From an uncultured Candidatus Saccharibacteria bacterium (GTDB taxonomy: Bacteria > Patescibacteriota > Saccharimonadia > Saccharimonadales > JANWIN01), in contig CAZFNQ010000002.1 of assembly GCA_964520375.1 (NCBI GenBank), positions 1-52,375 of the forward strand: DNA of 52,375 bases, in the 5' to 3' direction. Shown piece after piece: positions 16,866 to 26,273 of this stretch (its first letter is position 1; each line of letters opens with the position of its first letter). The position numbers and the translations under genes are program-made. Below the pieces are notes generated by a model, which was given only the letters and a program-made list of their open reading frames with translations, was not told where the DNA came from and did not search any database.

Positions 16866-17438
16866 TTATTGACCGCGGTGCAAAGGATTTATTTTTCTCC
16901 TAGTTAGGAAAAATCTTTTTGCACGGCGCATCCGGCCAGGATTTGTTTCTTTTACAGGCTTATCTGCCTCTACTGTTAGTTCTGGCTTTTGCAGTGGTAA
17001 AAAATGGGCCTTAGCCGTGTATCCCAGCTCGTTATCTGGAAAACCGGTCGTAGGATGAGTTTCCTCAACTGTCAGCCTACCCTTTGGCAACCCTGTTGTT
17101 TTATCAATCACTGGTGCGTTCCATCGCACTATCTCAATATTTTGGTCTATATCGTACTTAGTAGGATCTTCCTGCTTGCCATCTATATTGTCAGCACCAA
17201 ATTCACGTCTAAGCCTCTCGAGCACCTCTACAGCACCAGATCGTGTTGCTGGAATATCAATAATTTTTTGAGTATCAATATCTACGTAGGCTGGTATTGT
17301 TAAACCTAAATTTATACTTTCATTTGGGGATTTGCCACCACTTATAACGTCGTCAACAAAACTATATATATCTTCTACTTTATGCTCAAAGACGTCACCA
17401 ACCGGATCAATTTCAATGTGTCTTGCAGTTTCAGCCAT
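16866..17438 (-). CDS. Hypothetical protein with a basic C-terminal tail
   Basis: 190-aa ORF starting 13 nt downstream of the response-regulator gene. No motif recognised. Confidence 0.45.
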   Translation of the reverse strand: MAETARHIEIDPVGDVFEHKVEDIYSFVDDVISGGKSPNESINLGLTIPAYVDIDTQKIIDIPATRSGAVEVLERLRREFGADNIDGKQEDPTKYDIDQNIEIVRWNAPVIDKTTGLPKGRLTVEETHPTTGFPDNELGYTAKAHFLPLQKPELTVEADKPVKETNPGRMRRAKRFFLTRRKINPLHRGQ

Positions 17439-17453
17439 ATAAATGTGTCATTA

Positions 17454-17867
17454 TTATATATTTAGATGTCGTTTAATGCGGTCCACCACATCAGCAATAA
17501 CGACCTGAGATTTGACTAAATAATCATCCACGCCCAGACTTTTTGCCCGCTCGACATCACTTGCTTGGCTAAGAGCAGTCAGCATAATAATTTTTACATT
17601 GCCTACCTCTGGGGTATTTCGCAAAATATCTAAGACGTCAAAGCCACTAACTTTTGGCATCATAACATCTAGCAGTATTAAATCAGGGCGATATTGGAGG
17701 GTTGCAGTTAAAGCATCCTCACCATTGGGTACTCGCTTAACGTCAAAACCTTCAGCCTGTAACCTAGTTAAATAGACTTCGGCTAGAGCGTCATCATCTT
17801 CTACCAGTAGAACTTTTTTGGGTTTTTGGTCGGGCTGGTCTCGGGTTGGACTTGGTTGATTTACCAT
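17454..17867 (-). CDS. Canonical single-domain CheY-like response regulator
   Basis: VLLVEDDD, DLILLDVMMPKVSG (acceptor Asp present), IIMLTAL and DDYLVK (Lys) are all canonical. No output domain, and no kinase gene is adjacent. Confidence 0.85.
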   Translation of the reverse strand: MVNQPSPTRDQPDQKPKKVLLVEDDDALAEVYLTRLQAEGFDVKRVPNGEDALTATLQYRPDLILLDVMMPKVSGFDVLDILRNTPEVGNVKIIMLTALSQASDVERAKSLGVDDYLVKSQVVIADVVDRIKRHLNI

Positions 17868-17919
17868 ATTGCTATCCTATCATTTTAGACTAGCTGGTGC
17901 CAATAGAGCTTTAGGGTCA

Positions 17920-19524
17920 TTAATGGGAAATTAAGCTGGCTATAAAGCCGCGGAACATAGGGTGGGGGCGATTGGGCCGACTCAAAAATTCTGGGTGAAA
18001 TTGACTGGATACAAAAAACGGATGGTCAATAGCTTCGACAATCTCGACCAAATTGCCATCTGGTGAAGTACCCACAGCCCGAATTCCCCATTGTTCATAT
18101 TTATCTCGGTAAGTGTTATTACATTCGTAACGATGACGGTGTCGTTCAGTTATTTTAGTAGATCCATATAATTTTGCAGACAGGCTGTCTTTAATAATCT
18201 GACAGGGATAATTACCTAAACGCATAGTTCCGCCAGTGTTTTCCTTACCCCGTTGGCCATCCATAGTATCAATAACTAGATTATTGCTCTTTGGGTTTAG
18301 TTCACCACTAGAAGCATCTTTAACTCCGCTTAATCGAGCGGCGGCAATAACACCCATCTGTAACCCTAAGCACAAGCCAAGGTAAGGTAATTTGTTTTGC
18401 AGCGAATACTGGGCTGCCCGGATTTTACCTTCTAGTCCCCTTATGCCAAAGCCACCCGGCACTACAATGCCATCTAAGCCGGCCAAGTCCTTGGCAACAT
18501 TTTTGCTTTTTTCTAGCTGTTCAGCATTAACCCATTTTATTTTTAAATCTACTTCATTCCACCAAGCAGCCGACCGCAAAGCCTCGAACACAGACATATA
18601 GGTATCCTGATTGTCCATATACTTAGCCACTACCCCAACTGTTACCGGTCGGCGGAATCGGGTTTCAGCTCGTTTAACTACACCTCGCCAGCTCTTCATG
18701 TGTGGTCGGCTCATCTTGAGTCCCAGGTGTGTGCTAATTACTTTAGCAATTCCTGTATCTTCCAGAGTTAATGGCACTTCATAAATAGACGGCGCGTTTG
18801 GCAAAAATGCTATAGCTTCTTCAGCTACCCCACTAAATAAGCTTAATTTACGCTTGGCATTTGGATTGGCTCGTTTTTCGCTACGCGCCACTAATACATC
18901 GGGTGTTATGCCCAATCCGCGTAGTTCACGGACCGAATTTTGGGCTGGCTTAGTTTTGACCTCTTGGCTAGCCGCTAAAAAAGGTAAATACACCACATGT
19001 ACGTACATACACTTGTCCCGACCTACAGCGATACCCAGTTCGCGGATAGCCTCTATAAAACTTAGACTCTCATAGTCGCCAACTGTGCCGCCAATTTCGA
19101 CAATATGCACATCAAAACCGTCGCCTGCTTCCATAATATATCGCTGAATAGCAGCTGTTAAATGAGGAATGATCTGTACATCATCACCCTCGTATTTGCC
19201 GGCTCGTTCATCTTGGATTACTTTCAGCAGTACTCGTCCAGCCATCAGTGAACTATTTTTATCAACCTCTTGATCTAAGAACCTTTCATAGTGGCCCAAG
19301 TCTAAATCTGTTTCAGCGCCATCGTGGGTTACAAAGCATTCGCCGTGCTCACGTGGATTTAAAGTACCAGCATCAACATTAAGATATGGATCACATTTTT
19401 GAATATTTACTTTTAGACCTCGTGCCTTGAGGATATTGCCGATTGAAGCGGCCGTTATACCCTTTCCTAAACCGGAAAGCACACCGCCTGTTACAAATAT
19501 AAACTTAGTCGGTCTTTTTGCCAC
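17920..19524 (-). CDS. pyrG: CTP synthase
   Basis: KFIFVTGGVLSGLGKG, DPYLNVDAGT and the glutaminase GLCLGLQ Cys motif. 534 aa. GTG start with a GGAGG SD 8 nt upstream. Confidence 0.95.
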   Translation of the reverse strand: MAKRPTKFIFVTGGVLSGLGKGITAASIGNILKARGLKVNIQKCDPYLNVDAGTLNPREHGECFVTHDGAETDLDLGHYERFLDQEVDKNSSLMAGRVLLKVIQDERAGKYEGDDVQIIPHLTAAIQRYIMEAGDGFDVHIVEIGGTVGDYESLSFIEAIRELGIAVGRDKCMYVHVVYLPFLAASQEVKTKPAQNSVRELRGLGITPDVLVARSEKRANPNAKRKLSLFSGVAEEAIAFLPNAPSIYEVPLTLEDTGIAKVISTHLGLKMSRPHMKSWRGVVKRAETRFRRPVTVGVVAKYMDNQDTYMSVFEALRSAAWWNEVDLKIKWVNAEQLEKSKNVAKDLAGLDGIVVPGGFGIRGLEGKIRAAQYSLQNKLPYLGLCLGLQMGVIAAARLSGVKDASSGELNPKSNNLVIDTMDGQRGKENTGGTMRLGNYPCQIIKDSLSAKLYGSTKITERHRHRYECNNTYRDKYEQWGIRAVGTSPDGNLVEIVEAIDHPFFVSSQFHPEFLSRPNRPHPMFRGFIASLISH

Positions 19525-19634
19525 CGCTGTTCCTCCCTAAAGGCACCCAAGGCACTTTATTGCCCTAATGCTACCATAACTCCTAGAAAATAGAAAAGCG
19601 AAATACTAAGATTAGGCCTAAAGCTTCTTTAATG

Positions 19635-20885
19635 CTACTTGAGTGCGTTTAAAGCGGCCTCGAGTTGAGGGTCGCGGTTGGCTTTTATATCCGCATCGCT
19701 GCGCTTTATAACCCTGTCAGGAGATATACCCTGTTTATCTATGTTTTTGCCGTCTGGAGTATACCAACGCGCAATAGTGACCTTTAGCATAGCACCATCA
19801 GCTAGATTAATTATGTCTTGAACACTTCCCTTGCCAAAACTTTTAACACCGATAAGTATGGCCGCGTGGTTATCATGTAGAGCACCAGCTGTAATTTCGC
19901 TGGCACTGGCGCTACCGTCGTCAATTAATACTACCGTGGGAGTTCCCGTTAATGTTGATTTTTCATGGGCGCGGTAAGTGTCGATAATTATGCCGTCACG
20001 ACGCGTGGTTAAAATGGTTTGACCTGGTTTTAGCCACAGGCTGGAAACTTTTACCGCCGCACTTAGTTCTCCGCCCGGATCACCGCGCAGATCTAAAATT
20101 ATAGCTTTAGCACCGGCATTTTTTAGATTACCAGCTGCCTTGGCTACTAAATCACCAGTGTCGTTTGAGAACTCGCTAATTTTAATATAACCAATGTTAC
20201 TTTTTAAAGTCTTAGAGCTAACACTTGGTATCTTAATTTCAGTTCGAGTTATGGATAAGCTGATAGTTTGGCTTTTGCCTCTAAGAATCTTTAATTTAAC
20301 TTTTGTACCGGCCGGGCCACGTATATGGCTGACGGCTTCGTCTACCGACATGTTAGTCGTCGACTGGCCGTTAATTTCAATTATTATATCTTTGGATTTT
20401 AGTCCGGTCTTTTGGGCTGGAAAACCAGCAATCGGCGATACCACAATGAGGTTTCCGTCCTTGTCTTTGCTAAGTTCCGCACCAATACCCTGAAAGGTAC
20501 CATTTAACTGGTTATTAAAGTCTTTCGCCTCATCAGGCGTGAAGTAATCTGTATAAGGATCGCCCGTAGCCTGAACTAAGCCGTGTTTTAATCCGTCTAG
20601 CAATTTGTTAGCATCAAGCTGGCCGTCATAATTTTGCCGTAGTGAATTATAGATCTTCTCAACAGAAGAGTAATTTAGATTTGCCGGAAGTGTCTTTTGT
20701 TCTGTTTTTAATCCGCCGATTTGGATATGACCACTGCCTACTGCCATGCCTAGCCAAAATACACCTACTATAACTAGAATTTTAGCCGCTGAATTAGTAA
20801 TTCTTGCTACCACTGATTGTTTAGTGGATTGTGAGTCGCTGCGGTTGAACAAAGTCCCCTCCAATATCAAAAATACAGCCTTCAT
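19635..20885 (-). CDS. S41 family carboxy-terminal processing peptidase with a PDZ domain
   Basis: GIGAEL...PIAGFPAQKTGLKSKDII (PDZ), DLRGDPGG, GSASASEI (catalytic Ser) and SFGKGSVQ (Lys). The track start at 20897 is TTG; I used the ATG at 20885. Confidence 0.9.
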   Translation of the reverse strand: MKAVFLILEGTLFNRSDSQSTKQSVVARITNSAAKILVIVGVFWLGMAVGSGHIQIGGLKTEQKTLPANLNYSSVEKIYNSLRQNYDGQLDANKLLDGLKHGLVQATGDPYTDYFTPDEAKDFNNQLNGTFQGIGAELSKDKDGNLIVVSPIAGFPAQKTGLKSKDIIIEINGQSTTNMSVDEAVSHIRGPAGTKVKLKILRGKSQTISLSITRTEIKIPSVSSKTLKSNIGYIKISEFSNDTGDLVAKAAGNLKNAGAKAIILDLRGDPGGELSAAVKVSSLWLKPGQTILTTRRDGIIIDTYRAHEKSTLTGTPTVVLIDDGSASASEITAGALHDNHAAILIGVKSFGKGSVQDIINLADGAMLKVTIARWYTPDGKNIDKQGISPDRVIKRSDADIKANRDPQLEAALNALK

Positions 20886-20943
20886 TATGGCACACAATAG
20901 CCGTTAGCTGTTAGCTGTTAATTAATCGCTACGAAGGCTTAAT

Positions 20944-22089
20944 TTAAAAGTGTATGAAGACCAGGCCAGAGGCAGTAAAATGGTAAATTTCAGAATAAGT
21001 ACCGTGATAATCCCAGTTATATTGGCTAATATTTATAGTGCCATCACCATTGACTGAATCGACATGCATAGCGTGACCAAATGAGCCCCAATAAGCGATA
21101 GCTATATCACCAGCCCGTGGAGAGCCGCTAACGGGTATGCCGGCTGCTCTGGCGTTGTCAGGCCATTGATTAGCATTGCCTGAACCACCCCAATATGGCA
21201 TGTACCGTCCGCTACTGGCTACTTTCCAGGCTGTGTAGCTAACACACTCACGATTGAACATACCCCAAGCATCTATCATGCTATCCTGAGGAGCGTTGCG
21301 CCATGTATCAGGGTAAGTATCGCGGCCGTTATGGCCGGCTACAATTGTATAACCTAAAAAGTGTTGAGCATTTATGGCTGCCTGCTGAGCACGTAAATCA
21401 GCTATTTTTGATTGGTTGGATTGGATTTGCTTATTATAGGTATTTTGTTGACTTTGATTATAAGACAATAGTTGGTCTTGTTTATTCCTGGCCTCAGATA
21501 GTTGAGACTGTTGAGTCTGCAAGTCTAATAACAGCTTCTCTACTTCTGCTTTTTGATCTTGCAGTTTTAGCTTAAGCGCCGTTACTTCGTCCAGCGCATT
21601 TTTGACTTTATCTTGAACGGTACTTTGATAAACTTGTTTATCGACAAAGTCACTTAGGTTATTGCTGGACGCTAGCATTTCAAGTGTGGTAACCTGGCCG
21701 CCAACATATATAGCTCGGACACTAGCTCCTAATATCTGTTTTTGCTTATCAAGCTCGACTTGGGCTTCTGCTATCTGCTTCTTTAGCTGTGCTTGTTTAG
21801 CGTGATTAGTGTCTATTGATTGTTGTAGTGAGCTAATTTGAGCCTGAAGTTTGTTTATTGCATCCTGATAACTACTAGCTTGGTCCTCTAATTGGGCTAC
21901 AGCATCTTGCTTTCGGGCGTTTTGCTTTTCTAAAGTATTAATTTTTTGGTCAAACTGGTCAGCACTAACTCTAATAGATACAGCTGTGCCCAATCCCAAT
22001 ATAACCGCCATTACAACTAGCACTATCTTTCGCGCAGTCGAAGACAATAAAGGTATATTAGCTTTTAATTTTTGTTTTGGCATTAGCAT
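20944..22089 (-). CDS. PcsB-like peptidoglycan hydrolase: signal anchor, long coiled coil and C-terminal CHAP domain
   Basis: About 230 aa of Gln/Leu/Lys-rich heptad-like sequence. The CHAP catalytic Cys is in NRECVSYTAW and the His in GHAMHV. The track start is TTG at 22122; ATGs lie at 22089 and 22083. Confidence 0.8.
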   Translation of the reverse strand: MLMPKQKLKANIPLLSSTARKIVLVVMAVILGLGTAVSIRVSADQFDQKINTLEKQNARKQDAVAQLEDQASSYQDAINKLQAQISSLQQSIDTNHAKQAQLKKQIAEAQVELDKQKQILGASVRAIYVGGQVTTLEMLASSNNLSDFVDKQVYQSTVQDKVKNALDEVTALKLKLQDQKAEVEKLLLDLQTQQSQLSEARNKQDQLLSYNQSQQNTYNKQIQSNQSKIADLRAQQAAINAQHFLGYTIVAGHNGRDTYPDTWRNAPQDSMIDAWGMFNRECVSYTAWKVASSGRYMPYWGGSGNANQWPDNARAAGIPVSGSPRAGDIAIAYWGSFGHAMHVDSVNGDGTINISQYNWDYHGTYSEIYHFTASGLVFIHF

Positions 22090-22187
22090 ATTCACTATAA
22101 CACACCCCCTGTTACATTTCAACCCCTCGCGAGTACCTTTGACAAGGTCGATCCCTTTGGAACGATCTTTATTTTATCGATGTAGCT

Positions 22188-23150
22188 TTATTTCGTTGTC
22201 TTGAATTTTAGATATCGCCGCGTAGCAAATGTAGACGAAGCGGCTCCAATCAATATACCAACGCCCAGCTGTAAAGTCAAAAATATCCAAAAATGGCTGG
22301 CAAAATATTCATTGGCATAATTAATATCCAATACGCCAAAATTTGTCGCCTGTAGTGTAGATGAGGAGACAGCAAATAATCCATTTAACAAAGCCACGGA
22401 TATAACCGCTGAAAAGACACCATAGAGCATACTCTCGACCACGAATGGCCCGCGGATATAAGAAGTGCTAGCACCGAGTAGACGCATTATTGTCAGCTCA
22501 TCACGACGATTGAATATAGCCATTTGAATGGTATTAAAGATAATCATTATAGATATCAAGGCAAAGACTATTACCCCAGCCGCCGTGGCTCGGCGTAAAA
22601 AGATCGATGCTCGGGCTATATTATCAACAGCCTCCTTAAGCGTGCCGGAATACGAGCTTGGCTCAGCTTGTAGATCCTGAATCTCCGGTTTATCCAAGAA
22701 TTTTTTTATACCGCTAAGTTTATTGGTATCGATGGGTTTTATCTGAATAGTTGCAGGCAATGGATTGCCAGCCTCTGCGGCCGCAAGCAATAGATCTCGA
22801 TTTCCAGCATACTGCTTATTATAATTGGCCAGGGCCTGCTCTTTAGATACATAAGTAACTGACTCGACGTTATCAAGGTGTTTAATTTGAGCAGTTAAAT
22901 CATCAGTTTGCTGAGGGGTCACTGAGTCTTTTAAATACACAGATACGTTAATTTTGTCTGTAATTTGCTGCACGGTATTGTTGAAAGTAGCATTGGCTAT
23001 AAGAGAAAACAGCACTATTGTAAGCGTAATTGTCATTACCGCCATGGCTGCGATGCTCAACCAAGAATTGCGCACAAAATTTATGCAACCGCTTCGTATT
23101 ATTCGACGAAGTGTAGTTAGCCAGCGCTTAAATCTTTCCCAACTAGTCAT
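22188..23150 (-). CDS. ftsX: Cell-division ABC transporter permease-like protein FtsX
   Basis: One N-terminal TM, a large extracytoplasmic domain and three C-terminal TMs. It overlaps ftsE by 4 nt, and the gene order is ftsE-ftsX. Confidence 0.9.
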   Translation of the reverse strand: MTSWERFKRWLTTLRRIIRSGCINFVRNSWLSIAAMAVMTITLTIVLFSLIANATFNNTVQQITDKINVSVYLKDSVTPQQTDDLTAQIKHLDNVESVTYVSKEQALANYNKQYAGNRDLLLAAAEAGNPLPATIQIKPIDTNKLSGIKKFLDKPEIQDLQAEPSSYSGTLKEAVDNIARASIFLRRATAAGVIVFALISIMIIFNTIQMAIFNRRDELTIMRLLGASTSYIRGPFVVESMLYGVFSAVISVALLNGLFAVSSSTLQATNFGVLDINYANEYFASHFWIFLTLQLGVGILIGAASSTFATRRYLKFKTTK

Positions 23151-23830
23151 GACTTATAGGCTCCACCTGCCCTGTCGCTAGCAATTTTTCCGTCATGAAT
23201 TGTAATAACCCTTCGCTTCAGCCGGTTGACTATATCCTGGTTATGAGTGGTCAATAAAACCGTGGTGCCATAGCGATTAATTTTTTCCAAAACTTTAATC
23301 ACGTCCCAAGCATGTTTCGGGTCCAAATTACCGGTCGGCTCATCAGCAATCAATATTTTAGGCTGGCGAACAATGGCACGGGCAATAGCCACCCGCTGGC
23401 GCTCACCACCTGACAATTCAAGTGGCATACGCTTTTCCTTGCCTTTAAGGCCGACAATATCCAGTACCCTAGGTACGGTATGGTGGATCTCGCTATTGCC
23501 CATACCCACCATTTCCAGGGCAAAAGCCACATTTTCAAATACGTTTTTACCGTTTAATAGCTTATAGTCCTGGAAAACTACGCCAATTTTACGCCTTAGC
23601 AATGGAATTTCTTTGTCCTTGAGCTTATCATAATCTATGCCGCCGACAATTATTTTGCCACCGGTCGGTTTCTCCTCGCGTGTTAGCAGTTTCAACAAAG
23701 TGGATTTGCCAGCACCACTGGGACCGACAATAATAACAAACTCCTTGGGTTCAACATGCAGGCTGACACGATCTAGTGCCGGAGCAATTTCACGGTTATA
23801 ACTTTTACTTACCCTATCAAGCAGAATCAT
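23147..23830 (-). CDS. ftsE: Cell-division ATP-binding protein FtsE
   Basis: Walker A GPSGAGKST, ABC signature LSGGERQR and Walker B ILIADEPT. 227 aa. Confidence 0.95.
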   Translation of the reverse strand: MILLDRVSKSYNREIAPALDRVSLHVEPKEFVIIVGPSGAGKSTLLKLLTREEKPTGGKIIVGGIDYDKLKDKEIPLLRRKIGVVFQDYKLLNGKNVFENVAFALEMVGMGNSEIHHTVPRVLDIVGLKGKEKRMPLELSGGERQRVAIARAIVRQPKILIADEPTGNLDPKHAWDVIKVLEKINRYGTTVLLTTHNQDIVNRLKRRVITIHDGKIASDRAGGAYKS

Positions 23831-23857
23831 ATAGTACTGCCTATTATAGCAAATCGC

Positions 23858-24943
23858 TTATGTGCTAAGACTATGCTCAAGGTAAGCGTTGATAATCGGC
23901 TCTAGCTGGCCGTTTAAGACCTTGTCAGGATCACTGGTTTCATAGCTGGTTCTGAGGTCTTTAACTTGTTTGTATGGGTGTAGCACATAGCTACGGATTT
24001 GGTTGCCCCACTCAGCCCGTTGGTTTGGCCCCTTGAGTTCTGTCAAATGATCTTTATGCTGCTCCAGCTGGAGTTGAGCCAGGCGCGAGCGTAAGACAGT
24101 TAGTGCCGTTTCTCGGTTTTGAAGCTGTGAGCGCTCGTTCTGGATAGCTGCGCTAATGCCTGTTGGTAGATGAGTGATGCGAACCGCAGAATCCGTGGTA
24201 TTGACACTTTGTCCGCCGTGGCCGCCGCTGCGGTAGACATCAACTTTGAGATCTTTATCATCAAGTTGAACCTCTTCTGGTCGCTCTATCTTGGGCATTA
24301 CTTCTACTTTTGCAAAGCTAGTTTGGCGCAAATGGTCAGCATTAAAAGGGCTAAGGCGGACTAAACGGTGGACGCCATGCTCACCCCTAAGCTGGCCATA
24401 GACAAAGTCTCCATCTATCTCAAACGTAGTACTTTTGAGGCCTGCTTCCTCACCCGATGACTCGTCCAATATTCTAACTTTATAGCTATGGCCTTCGGCC
24501 CATCGTAAATACATGCGCATTAGCATCTGTGCCCAATCTTGAGCATCCGTGCCACCTGCACCAGCATGAATGCTAACAATAGCGTCATTACTATCATAGG
24601 GGCCGTTAAACTTGAGCTGTTCTTTAAGTTCACCAAAGTGCTCGCTGGCATTGACTAATTGCTTTGTTAAATCTGCCAGTAAACTGTTATCGCCGGTTTT
24701 CGACAGCTCGATTATATCAGCTAGCTCATTGGCTAAAGTCTGCCAAGGACCGATATGAGCTATTAATTTAGCTTGCTGCTTTAAATTGGCTTGGGCTGTG
24801 TTATTATCTGACCAAAAATTTGGCGCCTGAGCTTGGATTTTTAACTCTTCTAGCTCTTTTTCGTCTTTAGTCAGCTTTAATCGATCAATAGCGGAATCAA
24901 CTTCTTGCTTCAAAACTTCAGCCTGTTTATTTATCTCTTGCAT
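23858..24943 (-). CDS. prfB: Peptide chain release factor 2, encoded as one uninterrupted ORF
   Basis: SPF tripeptide (RLSPFNA), GGQ (GGHGGQSVN) and the RF2-type N-terminus. 361 aa in a single frame. Confidence 0.95.
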   Translation of the reverse strand: MQEINKQAEVLKQEVDSAIDRLKLTKDEKELEELKIQAQAPNFWSDNNTAQANLKQQAKLIAHIGPWQTLANELADIIELSKTGDNSLLADLTKQLVNASEHFGELKEQLKFNGPYDSNDAIVSIHAGAGGTDAQDWAQMLMRMYLRWAEGHSYKVRILDESSGEEAGLKSTTFEIDGDFVYGQLRGEHGVHRLVRLSPFNADHLRQTSFAKVEVMPKIERPEEVQLDDKDLKVDVYRSGGHGGQSVNTTDSAVRITHLPTGISAAIQNERSQLQNRETALTVLRSRLAQLQLEQHKDHLTELKGPNQRAEWGNQIRSYVLHPYKQVKDLRTSYETSDPDKVLNGQLEPIINAYLEHSLST

Positions 24944-24989
24944 GCCCTGATTATAGCAGTGTTTGTATGAGGTCGACCGCTGTCAATAA

Positions 24990-26273
24990 TTACCAAAGAA
25001 TCTTAAGCTGTTTAGACATTTTGGTAGCAAATTCTTCCCCGACGTTTCCTAGCACGCCTAAACCCCAAGTTTTTTCGGCGAACAGTTCCTCCATAACATT
25101 TACAATCCGGTTGCGTGATACAGCTTTTATGCGTTCCGGTACCTTATAATAATCGTCAATCTCATCATCAAAAAAATAGCGATAGCTATAGCCAGCCGCG
25201 GTGCCGCCAACTGTTTGGCCGCTGCGTTGGTAGCGCCCCAAAGAATATTGCTTGGCAGCAGCGACATCTTCTTCTTTTAATTTACTTTTAAAAACACTCC
25301 TCAGTTCTTTAATAACAATATCCAGTAGTGGCTGAGCGTTTTTAGGCAAAACTTGGGCACCAATCCACCAGCCACTGCTAGCTTTTGTCTGACCAAAACC
25401 CGAGCTCATACCATACACTAGCCCTCGTTCACGGGCGGTACCTAAAATTAGTGAATACAAAGTTTCAGTTAGCATTGTATTGACCAGCCCTAGGGCATCA
25501 ACTTCCGGGTCACGTAAACGACGGCCCATGAAGGTATCTAAATAAAAATACAAGTTATCTACGGTGTTGTTGTGAATATATAGCGGCTTAGCTAAGCCGC
25601 GGGGTGTTTCTTCTGGTAACTCAAGCCTGCCCTTTCCTTTTGGTAGCTCTATGGAGCTAAGAATTTCTTTTATTTGTTTGCGGCGCTCAGGCAACAACTT
25701 ACCGGCAATTACAAAACGCATGTTAGAGCTAGTATGCGTTCTTTTGTAATGTCCGCGAATGTCATTTAAATTAACATTATCCATGAGCTTAAGACGCGCT
25801 TGGTCAGTAAGCATTTTAAAGCCATACTTATTACGCAAAGCTAAACTTAAATGACGGAAGTGGTTGTTAGACCGACCGGTTAGTTCCTCGCGCACATTGC
25901 CGAACTCGGCATCAAATTCTTCTTGCAGGAATAAAGGTTTAGTAACAGCTACTAGCAGCAAATCCAATATTCTATCCCACTCTAGTTCCGCGCATTCCGA
26001 TTCATAAGTAATCTCATAACTACTTGTGCTGGCGTTGGAATAAGCACCGTTTTTCTCGAACTCAGCCTGAAAGGTGCGAGCCTTGGGAATAAGCTTGTTA
26101 GCTCCCAGTAATACATGTTCCATCAAGTGAGCAGTTTCCCATTTATCTGGCGGCGCATAGCAATCACCGGCCCTAAAGTTAACGTCAAAAGTCATAACCG
26201 TAGCATCTGGGACATGCACCAGCAACCCACGTGCGCCGTTAGGCAGAACAAGCTCACTGACATTATGTTTCAC
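24990..26273 (-). CDS. M16 (pitrilysin/insulinase) family zinc peptidase
   Basis: Inverted zinc motif HLMEH (HxxEH) near the N-terminus in a two-domain 427-aa protein. The GTG start overlaps the secA TGA stop as GTGA. Confidence 0.85.
   Translation of the reverse strand: MKHNVSELVLPNGARGLLVHVPDATVMTFDVNFRAGDCYAPPDKWETAHLMEHVLLGANKLIPKARTFQAEFEKNGAYSNASTSSYEITYESECAELEWDRILDLLLVAVTKPLFLQEEFDAEFGNVREELTGRSNNHFRHLSLALRNKYGFKMLTDQARLKLMDNVNLNDIRGHYKRTHTSSNMRFVIAGKLLPERRKQIKEILSSIELPKGKGRLELPEETPRGLAKPLYIHNNTVDNLYFYLDTFMGRRLRDPEVDALGLVNTMLTETLYSLILGTARERGLVYGMSSGFGQTKASSGWWIGAQVLPKNAQPLLDIVIKELRSVFKSKLKEEDVAAAKQYSLGRYQRSGQTVGGTAAGYSYRYFFDDEIDDYYKVPERIKAVSRNRIVNVMEELFAEKTWGLGVLGNVGEEFATKMSKQLKILW

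Noticed and set aside
20903-20920. Tandem gttagct gttagct gtta repeat between the CHAP and S41 peptidase genes
   Set aside because: It has only about 2.5 copies of a 7-mer in a 47-nt spacer. That is too short to call a repeat element and is probably slippage or part of a ribosome-binding region.
23858-24943. Programmed +1 frameshift site in prfB
   Set aside because: RF2 is encoded by one continuous ORF from the ATG at 24943. There is no in-frame TGA near codon 25 and no need for a second frame.
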